Source: Octopus vulgaris
Lineage: Eukaryota
Direction: 5' to 3'
DNA: 64,000 nt
Assembly (NCBI GenBank): GCA_951406725.2
Contig: OX597830.1
Location: forward strand, 55,056,001-55,120,000
Positions 10,695 through 24,315 of the stretch are shown one piece after another. Under the pieces are notes generated by a model. That model was not told the origin of the DNA and made no database searches. It was given only the letters and a program-made list of their open reading frames with translations. Position numbers and translations under genes: made by a program. Numbering within the stretch: position 1 is the stretch's first letter; the number at the start of each line of letters is the position of its first letter.

Positions 10695-11139
10695 GTAAGT
10701 AAAGATTTGAAGCTAAACTAAACTACTGCTATCTTATAAAAGAATATATAGCACGCCTTTATAAAATAAACTTGATTTCAAATCTTCGTAGACATTGTAT
10801 AAGGTTAAAATTTTTCTGCCTTGTCGAAAATGTGAGCAGAAGATAGGAAAAAAAATATAGGCTTGCATCACACACGCACGTAACAGAATTATATTTGTCT
10901 GAAGATTGTTGTTAATTGTATATTGTTGATTATTTAGTGAAAAATAAAAACGATCTGTTAAGTGGTGTGTGTGTATTTATATATATAATATATATGTATG
11001 TATGTATGTATAGCCGTAGCAGGACTTAGCCATAACCATATTTTTACTCTTCACTCTACTTGGTAGTAACGACTGCTGCTATGGCGAAACAAGACTAGCA
11101 GTCTGCACACACGTAGACACACTCATACATACATACGCA

Positions 11140-11147
11140 TATATAAG

Positions 11148-11180
<33 letters not shown>

Positions 11181-11710
11181 GTATGTATATATATGTGTGT
11201 GTGTGTTTTATATATATGTATATATATGTGTTATATATATATATGTGTGTTATATATATATATGTGTGTGTTATATATATATATATGTGTGTGTTATATA
11301 TATATATATGTGTGTGTTATATATGTGTGTGTTATATATATATGTGTTATATATATATATGTGTGTTATATATATATGTGTTATATATATATATATATAT
11401 GTGTGTGTTATATATATATGTGTGTGTTATATATATATATATGTGTGTGTTTATATATATGTGTGTGTGTGTTATATATATATATATATGTGTGTGTTAT
11501 ATATATATATATATGTGTGTGTTATATATATATATATATATATGTGTGTGTTATATATATATATATGTGTGTGTTATATATATATATGTGTGTGTGTTAT
11601 ATATATATATATGTGTGTGTGTTATATATATATATGTGTGTGTGTTATATATATATATGTGTGTGTGTTATATATATATGTGTTATATATATATATATAT
11701 TGTGTGTGTA
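11140..11710. repeat. Compound microsatellite, (GT)nT(TA)m higher-order repeat
   Basis: Visible directly. Confidence 0.95.
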
Positions 11711-11977
11711 TTATGCGTTATAGTAGTTTTATGTATATTGACTATGTAATAAAAATTTTGTGTAAAATAAATTTGTACAATCTATATATTATGTATAATT
11801 TAGAAATTTTAGGTAAATTAGTTTGTATATATTATATATTACGTATAATATGAGTATGTATATATATAAATATATGTGTATAAAATATTGTAATTATATA
11901 TGTATGTAATGGATATATAGAGTAAATGTGCATTTTGTATATAATATGCATTTATTGTCGTATATATTAAATATCGC

Positions 11978-12200
11978 CTATATAATAGTATGCATATATT
12001 GCGTGTGTGTGTGTCTATATAATGTGTGTATATATATATATAATGTGTATGTATGTATGTATATATATATAATAATGTATGCTCTATGACTATATAATAG
12101 TATGCATATATTGCGTGTGTGTCTATATAATGTGTGTATATATATGTGTGTATGTATGTATATATATATATATATATAATGTATGCTCTATGACTATATA
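11978..12200. repeat. Tandem duplication of a ~110-nt low-complexity unit
   Basis: ctatataatagtatgcatatattgcgtgtgt...aatgtatgctctatga occurs twice. Confidence 0.8.
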
Positions 12201-13179
12201 CATAGTACTTTAACTAGTGCGGCCATGCTGGGGCACCGCCGTAGTGTCTATATATAGACATATAGTGTTTATATAGTTTTATGTTTGACAAAATATCTGT
12301 ATATCGTTATATAGTGTCGATATAATTCCATATAGTAAAATATAGTGTTCTGTAGAGCATCTACATCTAAATATAGTGTGTGTGTGTATATATATATATA
12401 ATTTATGTTTTGTGTGTTATATTTACACACTTAATTTGTGTGTGTGTGTGATACATATTGGGGGTTGTCCGTTTCTACGTATGTATATGCGCGTATATAT
12501 AGTGAGGACGAAAAAGAGAGACTATGTCGTATTTGTATGTGTGTGTGCCTGTGTGTAATGTATGTATATGTAATGTATGCGTGTGTGTACAATGTCTGTG
12601 GTGCGTTTTCATGTTGGTGTTACTTATATACGTTATGTATATGTGCAATTCTTGTATGTTTGTGTGTGTTTCATGTATATGTGTGATGTTGTGTGTGTAT
12701 ATTGTGTGGATCTAGGTGTATATATATATATCGTGTGTGTATGCCTCTCTCGCAATATACATATATATATACGTATATATGTCTGGTGCATATTATATGC
12801 AGTATATATATATACATATATTATTTCTGTATGTGTGTATATTCACGTACGCAAATCTCCTACTCAACCCATTCTACCGTCTAATACTCTCTGACTCGTC
12901 TCCCCACTTTCCTTTTCTCTCCCTTATATTATTCCCTTCCCCAACACACACACACACAGTCTCTCTGCTATTGCTACCACCACCCTCCTTCCATCATACA
13001 TTAACTTCTCACCTTCATTCCTCTTCTTGCTCGCAGTCGTGGCGGCTCTTTATAATCCTTTTAGTTACAAGGTGACCTCATGGATGTTGGGACCACGATA
13101 AGTATGCCCTATACACTCTAAAAAAGTGGTTGGTGTTAGGCAGGACATCCATCCATAGAAGCCATGCTAAATCTGAAAT

Positions 13180-13645
13180 ATCCAAGACGTCTGGGAAAAG
13201 TTCAGAGGATTATTACCTTTGTTGTTTAAAAAAAAAAGAAGTATTTTCTCTTAGAGTGAAAGGTAGATTGTATGATGCTTATGTATGAACTGCATAACTA
13301 CATGGTAATGAGACATGGCCCCTGGATGCAGAGGGGTTGCGAAGACAAGAAAAATAATTAATTTGGTATGCTCTGCTGAAAGTGCAACATGAGTGTGTAT
13401 GAACAATGAACTAAAAAATATATGGTGAAAGGAAAACGGAGCTTAAGAGGAATCAGATATAGTGTGCGGGGGAGATGACAGCACTGGTATGGAAGTGTGT
13501 ATAGATAGACAGCTGTATAATTGTTTTAATGTGGATGGAGCTTGTGAAAGAGGGAAACTTTGGAAGATATGGGTGAAATATTGATGGCTTCAGAGGAGAG
13601 ATGACAAAGGACCATGATGATTGGCAATAGGCCCTGCTTGAGAAC
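13180..13645 (+). mobile_element. Decayed RTE-clade LINE 3' fragment
   Basis: WEKFRGLLPLL...SLRVKGRLYDAYV...LHGNETW, homologous to 21096-21250. Confidence 0.7.
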
Positions 13646-15139
13646 ATCCACCCGTCATGGTGAGACTAAGGTTCTGAAAGCGTAATGTGTATGCACACAA
13701 CCAGACCTTTTACCCAGTTTGATTCTATCATGCTGTCCCCACCACTCTCTCAATTCCCTGTCATCACTGATCCCTCCATCACTCTTCTAACTACTACAGT
13801 ATCCTGCAGTTGGAAGTGGAATTACTTATTTCATCATCTTTTTTTTTTTTTCACCAGTTATCTCTCCACTCTTTGCTATCACTTCCTTTGGCATACATTC
13901 TTTATTCCTAACGGCATCTGTTTCAACTGGACCCCAAACCATGTGGCATGTGATTACAATGCACACTTCTTAACCGTGTGTGTGTGTGTGAGTGTGAGAG
14001 AGAGAGAGAAAGATCATCTTTTTATAGCTGCTTTCCTTCCTGTCATGGATAGGATGGTTCAATAGGATTCAAAAAGTTGGAGGACCTTACCTTCCTCTAA
14101 TATCACCTTCCTATCACCAGCCACTTTACATAGTGTTCTGGATGCACTTTTTGTAGCACCAGCACTCTAGAGGGTGCCTTGCTATCAGCAAGACTAAAGA
14201 ACCTTGTGAAACCCTCCTTTCTTGCTGTTCAGATCAGTTATTAAACATTCAATGTACTAGGTGCTTTTTATGATACCAGCACTGTTAGTATTTGCCTTGT
14301 AGCTTGCAAAGCAAAAGAGATTATCATATGAAGGAAAGGAACAGGTTTATTGTGAGAGGATGGTAACAGAGAGAGGGGAAAAGTAAAGTCAAGAGTTATA
14401 TGGAAGAAGGGTAAGAGGACAGTATGATAATGATGCTGGAGTTGGTTGAGCAGGTGGACCCAGTGATGGGATGGGATGGGTCAGTCTGTCTGCCATGCCA
14501 GCATGTATTGGACAGTTGGTTAGGATTCAAGACAGTTCTTATTAGAGTTACGCAAGTTTATTGTTGGGAATAGATAGGGCTGCTACTAGGGAATGTGTTA
14601 ATAGTAAAAGGTAGCATGAAGAGGTTGAGTAGAAGCAAGTGTAGCGCTACCTATTGTTAGATATAGGTGGGTAATGAGAGAGAGAGGTAGTGTCAAGGAA
14701 TTTGTGAGAGAGAATTTGAGTGATAAGGGCAAAAGATAAGGTGGAGTAGGAGATGCAGTGCTACTTCACATTATTTATGATGGAAGAAATGGTGTAGAAG
14801 ATAAATGATGATGAGACCAGAGTATATTGTCATGGTAACATGTCTAAAAGAAGAGCTGGTAAAGGCTGCTAGCCTGTAATTACTCCTGATTTATGTGTCA
14901 TGACTTGGGATTTGGGTGGAAGGAGGAGTAGTAGAAAAAACGGAATATTCAATATGCACAAATCAAACACTTTCCTCTCAGTTATGGGTGTCATGGTACA
15001 AGAGATGAGAGGATATAGAATATGTACAGTAGTTAGAATAGATAGTTGTGTGACAAGAGGGTTTGAAATGTATATGTGCAATGATGTGTGCAGAGAGGGT
15101 ACTCAATAGGCAAAGGAAAGGGTAGGTGCACTAAGCTTG

Positions 15140-17365
15140 CACTGGAAATTCTTTTCTGCAGTACCACATATCACATATCGTCTTGAATAATCTCCGTCAT
15201 CAGATATAACATCTTGAGATCATTTTTCACCACTGCATCCCATACGGTTCTTGTTCTCCCTCTCCCTCTGGTACCATTCACTTTGAACACTTGGCATTTG
15301 CTTATGCAGCTGTCATCTTCCATCCACATTACATGCCCATACCAATGCAGTCTCCTCTCTCATACGTTTACATCTGCTTTCCTATGAGTTGGACAGGTTC
15401 TTTCCAGCACAACATCTTGCTTCTCTTGTGTTTCTTTGTCATCTCCTCAAATCAGCTTGTAACCACTTTTGTCTATGTCCTCTTTGGTCTTCCATAATTA
15501 CCTTTATGGATATCCTGGCACTTCTTTACTCATTTTTTTATCCTCTATATGCATCACATCTGAAGCAATGCTATCTTCATTTTTGCACATTAAAACTGAT
15601 TCCTTTATACTTAGTTTATCTGTTAGCTCATTTACACCAAGTCATTCATGCATATTAACATTGTATATGCAGCAGATCCTGCATGTTTTGTTTCTTTCCC
15701 GTCTTTACACATCCTCTATGTTCAGTACCCATGTCTTGCTACCATGCAACATTGCACTATGTACACACATAACATACAATCTAACCTTCACTTGAAAAAG
15801 AATGTATTTGTTACTTACCGAAGCAATAGCTCTCTGAACTTATTTTGTCCTATCTTTATTATGTTTACTGTGCTTTATTATGGTAACTGTGCTTCCTCTG
15901 TTGTTGATTATGTTGCCCAGGTAATAAACAATTTCGTTACTCCTACAGAGCCTTTTAAGCACTGAAAGATATTTATTTTACTGCTGCTCTGACTGCTAAC
16001 TATTTTGTATATCTGCATCTTACAAAGTTTTTATTCATCATCTGCCTGTTTATAATCTCACTACTCTGTACATAGTTCATATTGTGTACAGTACATGGAG
16101 TTCCTACTATCATGCTTGACCATTTCCCAAATGATAGAAGAATCATTTCTAAATGGTCTTCACCAAGTTTACTATGAGGCCTTTGAATGCCAGATTTTGC
16201 TTCCATGTCTAGAATTCTCTAAGTCTTTCACAAGCTCTGCTGTAAGGACTAGGTATGAAAGAGTACCCATTTCATCTGTTATAGCTTGGAGAAGTATGAA
16301 TAGGAAGGGATTGAGAGCCTTAATGAACACCTACTCTTTGGCTTGCATATTTGCCTGGTTGGAAAATAATCAAGTGTTTAGTTAATTTCTTGAAATCCTT
16401 GTTTGCTAATGGACAGTTCATTTGCATCACAAAACTAGAAGCCTTGATCCTTCCTCATACAACCATGTCTATAGCCACTATGTACTCAGACAGCCATTCA
16501 GTGTACCCAATATGTTCAGTAAAGACACCAGCCAAAATAATGATGTAGCTGTTATTTGTTATCAAAGTGGCTCACAAAAGTACATCATAACAGGAGTCCT
16601 TTTACCATGTCAACCAGTCTTGGTTGTGATATATAAGCAGAGATAACAGTTGCTATTAATTTGCCTACTAGTCTAAGCTTAATTACATATTCTAATTTCT
16701 TCAGTTGCATTATCCGTTTTCAGCCACCAGTATGCCTACTACACCTAAACTATCATTGTTACCTACCCAGAAGAATTTGAACCAATGTTCTTTGTCTGTG
16801 GAAAGTCTGGCTGAGGTTCACCTCCATCCCACCTCTTGCATGTAACATATCTACTCATCCTTACTCAAAACATCTCTATAATCTCATCATATTTACCTCA
16901 GTGTGCCAACATTGATAGTTGCAGCCTTGAAGATTTTTTTTTTACCTGATTAAAGGATAACTTGTGATGTAAGAGATGATGCCTGAGAGCTGTTTTGTGC
17001 ACCTGAAAGGAAATGTGTGATTGTTTGATAACAGTTAATGGGGTTCTCACACATGACCAGGTGTTTGCATCTAACCACTCCATTACCATCTGCAGCTCAA
17101 GCATCTTGAGTGTTAGTCCTATATCATCCATACATATCACCTAGCCATAGTAATGTGGTCTTCCTTCTTGCATACTGTGACTAATCTCTGCTGTTTATCT
17201 CTCAGCTCCTCTATTACCACATTTATTCATACTTAGCACTACAATCCAGCAAAGCATACTTGCTTTATTTCTCTCCGATACTTGCACATCCTATCTTCAG
17301 TGCCCATGTCTCACTACCATGTAGTACTACACTTCGTAAACAGGCAACATACAATCTATCCTCTG
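15140..17365 (-). mobile_element. Decayed RTE-clade LINE fragments (RT and C-terminus, at least two pieces)
   Basis: Minus strand gives GHVMWMEDDSCISKCQ...GRGRTRTVWDAVVKNDL, VKVRLYVMCVHSAMLHGSKTW, and a degenerate GVxQG/LxPFLF RT motif near 16300. Confidence 0.7.
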
Positions 17366-20300
17366 TTGCATCCTGTCTTCATATTTAAACTTAAATTCAC
17401 TTTTCTTACCCCCCCCATGCCAATATCAATTTCACTCATGACAATATTACAGTAATTTTAATTTTGAAAAGAAAAACAAAAACATGAAATGTTATAGTTA
17501 AGAACAAATCAAATTACTTTTTGGACTTTGCTTTTCTAAGAAATGATTAAAAGTTATTACATGTTTGTTTGAAAGTGGTTGGCATTCGGGAGAGCATTTT
17601 TTCAAATGATATAATTTTTGGTTTTTCTTTAAAAGTTAAAAAGAACAACCTATATGGTTAAAATGTTTGCTTCCCAGCCATATTGCTTTGGGTTTAGTCT
17701 TACTGCATGATACTTTAGGCTAGTGTCTTCTTCTCTAGCTCTGGGTCAACGGAAACCTTGTAAGTGGATTTGGTAAAGGGAAACTGAAAGAAACTCGTGT
17801 GTTGTGGATGTGCCTCCTTGTCTTTATATTGTATGACAGCTGTAAATGAGTGACACTGTTGTACAAGCAGTGTCATTTGTTTCCAGCCTTATGTGGAAAC
17901 ATATCTTGTCATGGGGAATTATCATCTTACTTGGAAACAGTTTGTTGTCCATCAAAAAATACACTCCAGCAAATTCCATCTAGTCCATGCAATCATGGAG
18001 ATGCAGACATTAAAACAATGATGATGATACAGGAAACATGGCAATGTATTAAATATGAAGAAACTACCCAGATGTTATATCTCCTGGTACTTATAATGTT
18101 TATACAGAATGACAAAAGTGCTGTAGCTAACACTATTGCTGTAAAGAAAGGCTTGAAAATTATTTTGAGTTGTTAAATGTTTTTAACATCTTCCACACTG
18201 AGTTTGATAGTTAGACAGGTTAGAGAACTACATTGTTTTCCAACATCTCTTTTGGCATTGTTACATTGGTGGGATGCTCTCCCGAATGCCAACCACTTTA
18301 GAGAGTGTACTGGGTGCATTTTCTTGTGGTCCCAGCACTAGTGAGGTAACTCACAAGACTAAGATCCCAACTGAGTGAAGCTACAGTAGAGAGGGAAGTG
18401 ACTTTATGCGAGGAGATTGGAGGTTAAAATATGAAAGAATGAGCAGGAACAGATTTCTTGATGTAGAGAAGGTACATGATTACTTTGCATTGTATATTTT
18501 GAAGATGTGGGAGATCATACTGGTCAAAATTAATGGCCGGAGCTGATAGATGAGCATTATTTATGCGAATAGTCATGCTTTCACTGGTGTTCAGTAGGGA
18601 GGAGATTTATACAATTCATTCCAGTTAAGGGCAAAGCTGTAAGAATGATGATAAAAGTAGCTAAAAATATTCACTCAGTTGAAACTGGTTCACTTCGGCT
18701 TCACTAAGAAATTTACTATGTTCAACAAGCTATTAGATTTTTTTCTGCATAAATGAGGTTTCACAGATAAAAGTCACAAAGAGGGAGACAGTGAAAATTT
18801 TCAGCCAATAAGTTGATATTCTTAATGCAACATATTACAGTGATGCATTGGCTAATGTAAATAAGAGAAATACTCAAAACGGTAAAACAAAACAGAACAT
18901 CATTTGGTATAGTCCCCTTTCAACAATGCACTTAGAACTACAGTAGAACATATGTTTCAAATTGATATATGTTTCCACCCTTTCCATAGATACAATAAAT
19001 TATTTAATGAAAATAATGTTAAACTTGCCCACTGAATTACTTCCAACTTCACTTCTCCCAACCTCCACAAAAGAAACCAATGTTGGGCAACATCAACCAA
19101 AACTGGAATTGCACTAGCCAGACGAAACTTCCCACCAAAGTCAAAACTGTAGTGAAATAGATAATATATAAACAAGAAATTCAAACAACACATTCAAAAT
19201 AGGACTAACATCAAACTCTTTTAAAGTTCTCTCTAACGAATACAGACCTTTCTAACCATTAGACAATTCTCAGTCTTCATTCATATGGGAATTGAAAAAC
19301 AAGCTTACTCATACACCATGAACGCAGCATCATCAGTCAAAATCTATGAGATTCTATTTGCAAGTAATATTTATCAATAAACAATCTCAACATGTTACCT
19401 CAGAATCTATAAAACATACAGATAGTTCACTTCTTCAGTATACACACATTGATAAATTTTTATTAACTTTATCTCATTTGACAAATACATTACATTAAAG
19501 AAAAGAAAAAAAAAACGAATCTTCATGTATACATATTGAACATCATCAAAAGATTCATACACATGAAATTAAAATGTAAAGTTTAATATGGAATGATTTT
19601 AGCATAAAGCATGAATAAACTTCAATAATGAATAGCTTGGATAGAAATGATAGTGTAGGTGCTGCTGCTTATGATGGGTATGTGAAATCAGATTCCATCT
19701 TGTAGATCATCCATATCATTTCTGTTAAGTTTTAATTATGTTGAAACATTAAGTAGAATAGGTGGCCAATTGGTTGGGGCTTTGGATGAATTGCTTTGTG
19801 ATAATCATTCATTCCATTTCTCTGTACTCCATATTCAAATTTCACTGAGGTCACCCCTTTCGAAGTACTGGTCAAATACTAAAGTTGATTCTTCTCTTTC
19901 TCCTGTTTTTTCTTTCTGGGAGAAATCAGCTATGGTCAGACCTAGAGAGATGGGTTCACCATGTATATTGATGGAATTCCTACTATTTTATCAACCTTTT
20001 AGCATTTAAACTGGCCATGTCCACACCAAATATTCTACTAGTTTTATATATTCAAACTGATCAGATCTAGCCCTTCATACTTACCCCACAATGCTGTTTT
20101 AAAAATAAACAATCATTGAAATCTTATAAAAATGACATTACAATCCTTTGCCAAACTTTAAGATTTTTATCTTACACTTTATAGTTTTGTTACAAACATA
20201 TGATTGTCTATTATATATACTGTTCCTCACACTTAAGGACCCTCCTCCTCCTCAAGATCATGATCTGACAGTTTCCCTTTAGTTTTGGATTCAGTTAGCT

Positions 20301-20989
20301 ATGTATGAGAACAGTTGTACCTGTTTAATGATCGAGAGTCTTTACTGGTGGTGAGTGAAACATCTGTCCAAGTGTAGCAATTAATCTTCAATACATTTGT
20401 TAAATTATCCACTCTGTTTATCAGTGTCGAGTTCTTTCCATGGTTTGTCAGATGCTTTATCTTTAAAGCCGCGTAAACAAAACATCACCCACATATTACA
20501 CACACTCGTATACACATAAGTGAAGATTTGTTTCTGCTTTGTTCCTTTCTAACTCAATTAAATAGACCAATGATGCAAGGAGATCAGCTGTGTGCATATG
20601 GTCTCTTTTCTATTTGATTGACAAAGTGGTATTTGTCTGTAAAGAATACGCATACATATATACATGCATATAGACATGCATGCACACGTATTCCATATAT
20701 ATGCATACATATATACAATCATACATCCACACACACACATATATATATACGTGTTTGTGTGTGCGTAGGTACATATTTACAGTGTATAAAAAAATAAATT
20801 GTAGCATGTTTCACTTAAATACATATTGTTATATATTCATTTACACTAAAATGACATGTTGTTTAGTTGCAGGTCAGCCCTTGAATGAGTAGACCTGTCA
20901 TCAAATGGTTTATTTTTCTATATATAATCTTTGTGTGTGACAAATGTGCAGGTGCAATAAGCACTAAAAATGCATAGGCAATAGACTCC

Positions 20990-21862
20990 CTCAAATGCTT
21001 GAGGGAATCGTTAGAAGTGGTAGATAGCTTGTTACCTAGGCGACCAAGTTAGCAATGGAGGAGGAAGTTGTGAAAGTGTAGTTGCTAGAATAAGAATGGG
21101 CTGGGTAAAGTTCAGAAAGATTCTACCTTTGTTGGTAATTAAGGGCCTCTCCCTCAGAGTGAAAGGTAGATTGTATGATGCCTGTGTATGTACAGCTATG
21201 TTACATAGTAGTGAAATATGGACTTTAATTACAGAGGACTTGCAAAGGCTCAAAAAAATGAAGCTAGCATTGCCCTGCTTAATTAGTAATGTCACTGTAC
21301 ATGCACTACAGAGTGTAAATGATTTAAGAGGAAAATTGGATATAAGGGGTATCAGGTGTTCTAGAGAGAAAACTTCGCTGGTCTGCTCATGTGATGCGTA
21401 TGGATGAGGACAGCTCTATAAAGAAGTGCCGATCTCTAATTGTGGAAGAAGTAGACCCAGGAAGATGTGGGACAAAGTGGTGAGAAAGGATCTTCAGATG
21501 CTGAGCCTCACTGAGGAAATGACAAGAGATTGGGAGATGTGGTGGTTTTCTGTACTTGATAAGTCATGTCAAGCTAAGTAAAATCGCTGTCTTCCACACA
21601 CTCAGACTGGTCCTTTCAGATGCTGGTACCTCTTAGAAAGCAGCTGTGTCAGTGCTGTATTAACACACCTGTGTCAGTGCTGCATAAGCACACCCTTGAT
21701 GTTATCATGTAAAAGGCACCCAGCACATTCTGTAAAGTAGTTGGCATCAGGAGGGGCATCCAGCTGTAGAAATATCATGACAGATAATTGGAGTCGGTTC
21801 AGCTGACCAGCTCCTGTTAAGCTGTCCAACCCACGCCAGCATGGAAAATAGACATTAAATGA
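20990..21862 (+). mobile_element. RTE-clade LINE 3' fragment with 3' UTR
   Basis: ESLEVVDS..YLGDQVS...RIRMGWVKFRKILPLL..GLSLRVKGRLYDACVCTAMLHSSEIW, followed by the shared tail module. Confidence 0.85.
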
Positions 21863-21879
21863 TGAGGGTGGTTACAGAT

Positions 21880-22300
21880 GATCTATCTGATGTTTGTTTA
21901 GCTGGTTGCGCCTGTCTGACGTCTGTTTAGCTGACTGCATGTGTCTGACGTCTGTTTAGCTGACTGCATCTGTCTGACGTCTGTTTAGCTGGCTGCATCT
22001 GTCTGACGTCTATTTAGCTAGCTGCATCTGTCTGACGTCTGTTTAGCTGGCTGCATCTGTCTGACGTCTGTTTAGCTGGCAGCATCTGTCTGACATCTGT
22101 TTAGCTGGCTGCATCTGTCTGACGTCTGTTTAGCTGGCTGCATCTGTCTGACGTCTGTTTAGCTTGCTGCATCTGTCTGACGTCTGTTTAGCTGGCTGCA
22201 TCTGTCTGACATCTGTTTAGCTGGCTGCATCTGTCTGACGTCTGTTTAGCTGGTTGTATCTGTCTGACATTTGTTTAATTGGCTGCATCTATTTGATATC
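21880..22300. repeat. 29-bp minisatellite (TCTGTCTGACGTCTGTTTAGCTGGCTGCA), ~14 copies
   Basis: Contiguous tandem units with no spacers. Confidence 0.95.
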
Positions 22301-23912
22301 AGTTGTCTTCCTCCCCTCTATCTCTATTTATGTGGTAATCATCCATCTGTTCCCTCTTTCCTAATCTACTGGCAGTTGACAACATACCTCATGTTCATGT
22401 GATATTTCAAACTGCTGTTTAGCAATGCTGAATAACATACACCTCCAGAGACTTTTAAATATTGTGCTTGAAATAAACTGTAAATGCTCAGAAAATGGTG
22501 AACATCTCTATCATACCTTGTACAGCAGTGTAACAGACATTATTCTAAATGTCCATAATATATATTGTATGTCAGTAGAGTAGACACAATTCACATCTTT
22601 AAGTAGATCTGTGATTTTCTGTTCCTCTTCTTCCCTAGGTTGGCAAAGGTACTTCAACCATGACCACCCTACATTTTTGTGTATCAGAGACTTTGTTCAA
22701 CAACATATTGTTTTTCTTTTTAATACTGTATAGTATGATTTTTGAGAATGATTAACTACTGTCTCTAGCAGCTTAAACTACCACATAGTGGTTGACCGTC
22801 TTTGTTACATATGCTGAATTGAGTTCCTGCAAAATGTATTTGTTTGAATTGTCGTTGCTTACCATACTATAATGTGGGATCATTTGGCCTTCTATAAATG
22901 TCATCCAGATCTTTCTGAAATTCCACTGGACTTTTAAAAAGAATGGATACATTGAATAATGTAGTTCTAGATACTGTAGGTCTGAAATAAAACTAGAATG
23001 GTCACTGCTGAAACATTTGTGGTCATAGGTCAGCTGGAGTTAGGCCAGCTTTAGATTGAGCAACAGTAACAACATTGGCATCTTATTTGCTGGTCCTGGT
23101 AGAAATAGCAGCAGTCAAACATTTATGACATCACATGTCTTAAAAAGACAAAAGGATGCTTTAGATAATGTAGTCAAACTCTCTATATGTGTGTTGTAGT
23201 TATGTGCATAAATACATAAACGTTTGACTGTTCAATTCTTACTATAGCAAAGAATATGGAGTCTGTTATGTGTAGCTATGTAATTAAATCTACACAATAC
23301 TTTCACACAGGTATCTTAATGAAGCACTGTTAATTGGAAAGATGCATTAAACTATAGTATGAATTTAATTACGTACCTTCTGTCTCTGTCTGTCTCTCTT
23401 TCCCCTCTCCCTCTCTCTTCCTTACTGTCCCTTGACTGTCTACTTTGCAGCATCCATCTTCATTTCTTCATGTCTATCTCCATATCAAATGTCTCTTTGT
23501 GATTTACAAATTTGACTGATGATGATGGTTATACATTTATACACACATACACTCACACATTCTTATCTAGAATTATTTTGTTTTCATTTGCAAAGGTAAT
23601 TGGAGAAACTTGTTAGAAATTAATTTGTTAGCTCAGTGGTAAAAGTATTTTGGATCTTTTAAAAATTTGGCTTTATTGCTTAATTGACCTCAATACATTA
23701 ATGAAATAAAATGTATTTTCTAATGCATTTTATTGAAGAAAGCAAGCCAAGCTGATCCTAATGCTATCTGAAATCAGAACATAATGATTTTGAGGAGAGT
23801 GAGAACGGTCGATACCATTGACTCCACAACCCCTGAAAGCTAGAAGCAACATTGACCTCTTGACAGAATTTGAACTCCAAACATAAAGAACTGAACAATG
23901 TGCTAATGAAAG

Positions 23913-24315
23913 TGGCGAGCTGGCAGAATTGTTAGAATGCCAGGTGAAATGCTTAGCGGTATTTTGTCTGCCGCTACATTTTGAGTTCAAATTCCGCCGA
24001 GGTCAGCTTTGCCTTCCATCCTTTCGGGGTCGATTAAATAAGTACCAGTTACGGACTGGGGTCGATATAATCAACTTAATCCATTTATCTGTCCTTGTTT
24101 GTCCCCTCTGTGTGTAGCCTCTTGTGGGCAGTAAAGAAATAGGTATTTCGTCTGCTACTACATTCTAAGTTCAAATTCTGCCATGCCTTTCATCCTTTTG
24201 GGGTCAGTTAAATAAGTACCAGTTATGCACTGGGGTCGATGTAATTGACTTAGTCCCTTTCTCTGTCCTTGTTTGTCCCTTCTATGTTTAGCCCCTTGTG
24301 GGCAATACAGAATTA
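23913..24315 (+). mobile_element. Head-to-tail SINE dimer (same family as 5348-6092)
   Basis: ggcgagctggcagaa...ttgtgggcagtaaagaaatag|gtatttcgtctgc... with the junction near 24142. Confidence 0.85.

Noticed and set aside
8787-12900. Long Y/I/C/V/M-rich ORFs
   Set aside because: They are translations of (TA)n/(GT)n microsatellites.
21880-22300. CRISPR-like 29-bp repeat array
   Set aside because: There are no unique spacers and the context is eukaryotic; it is a plain minisatellite.
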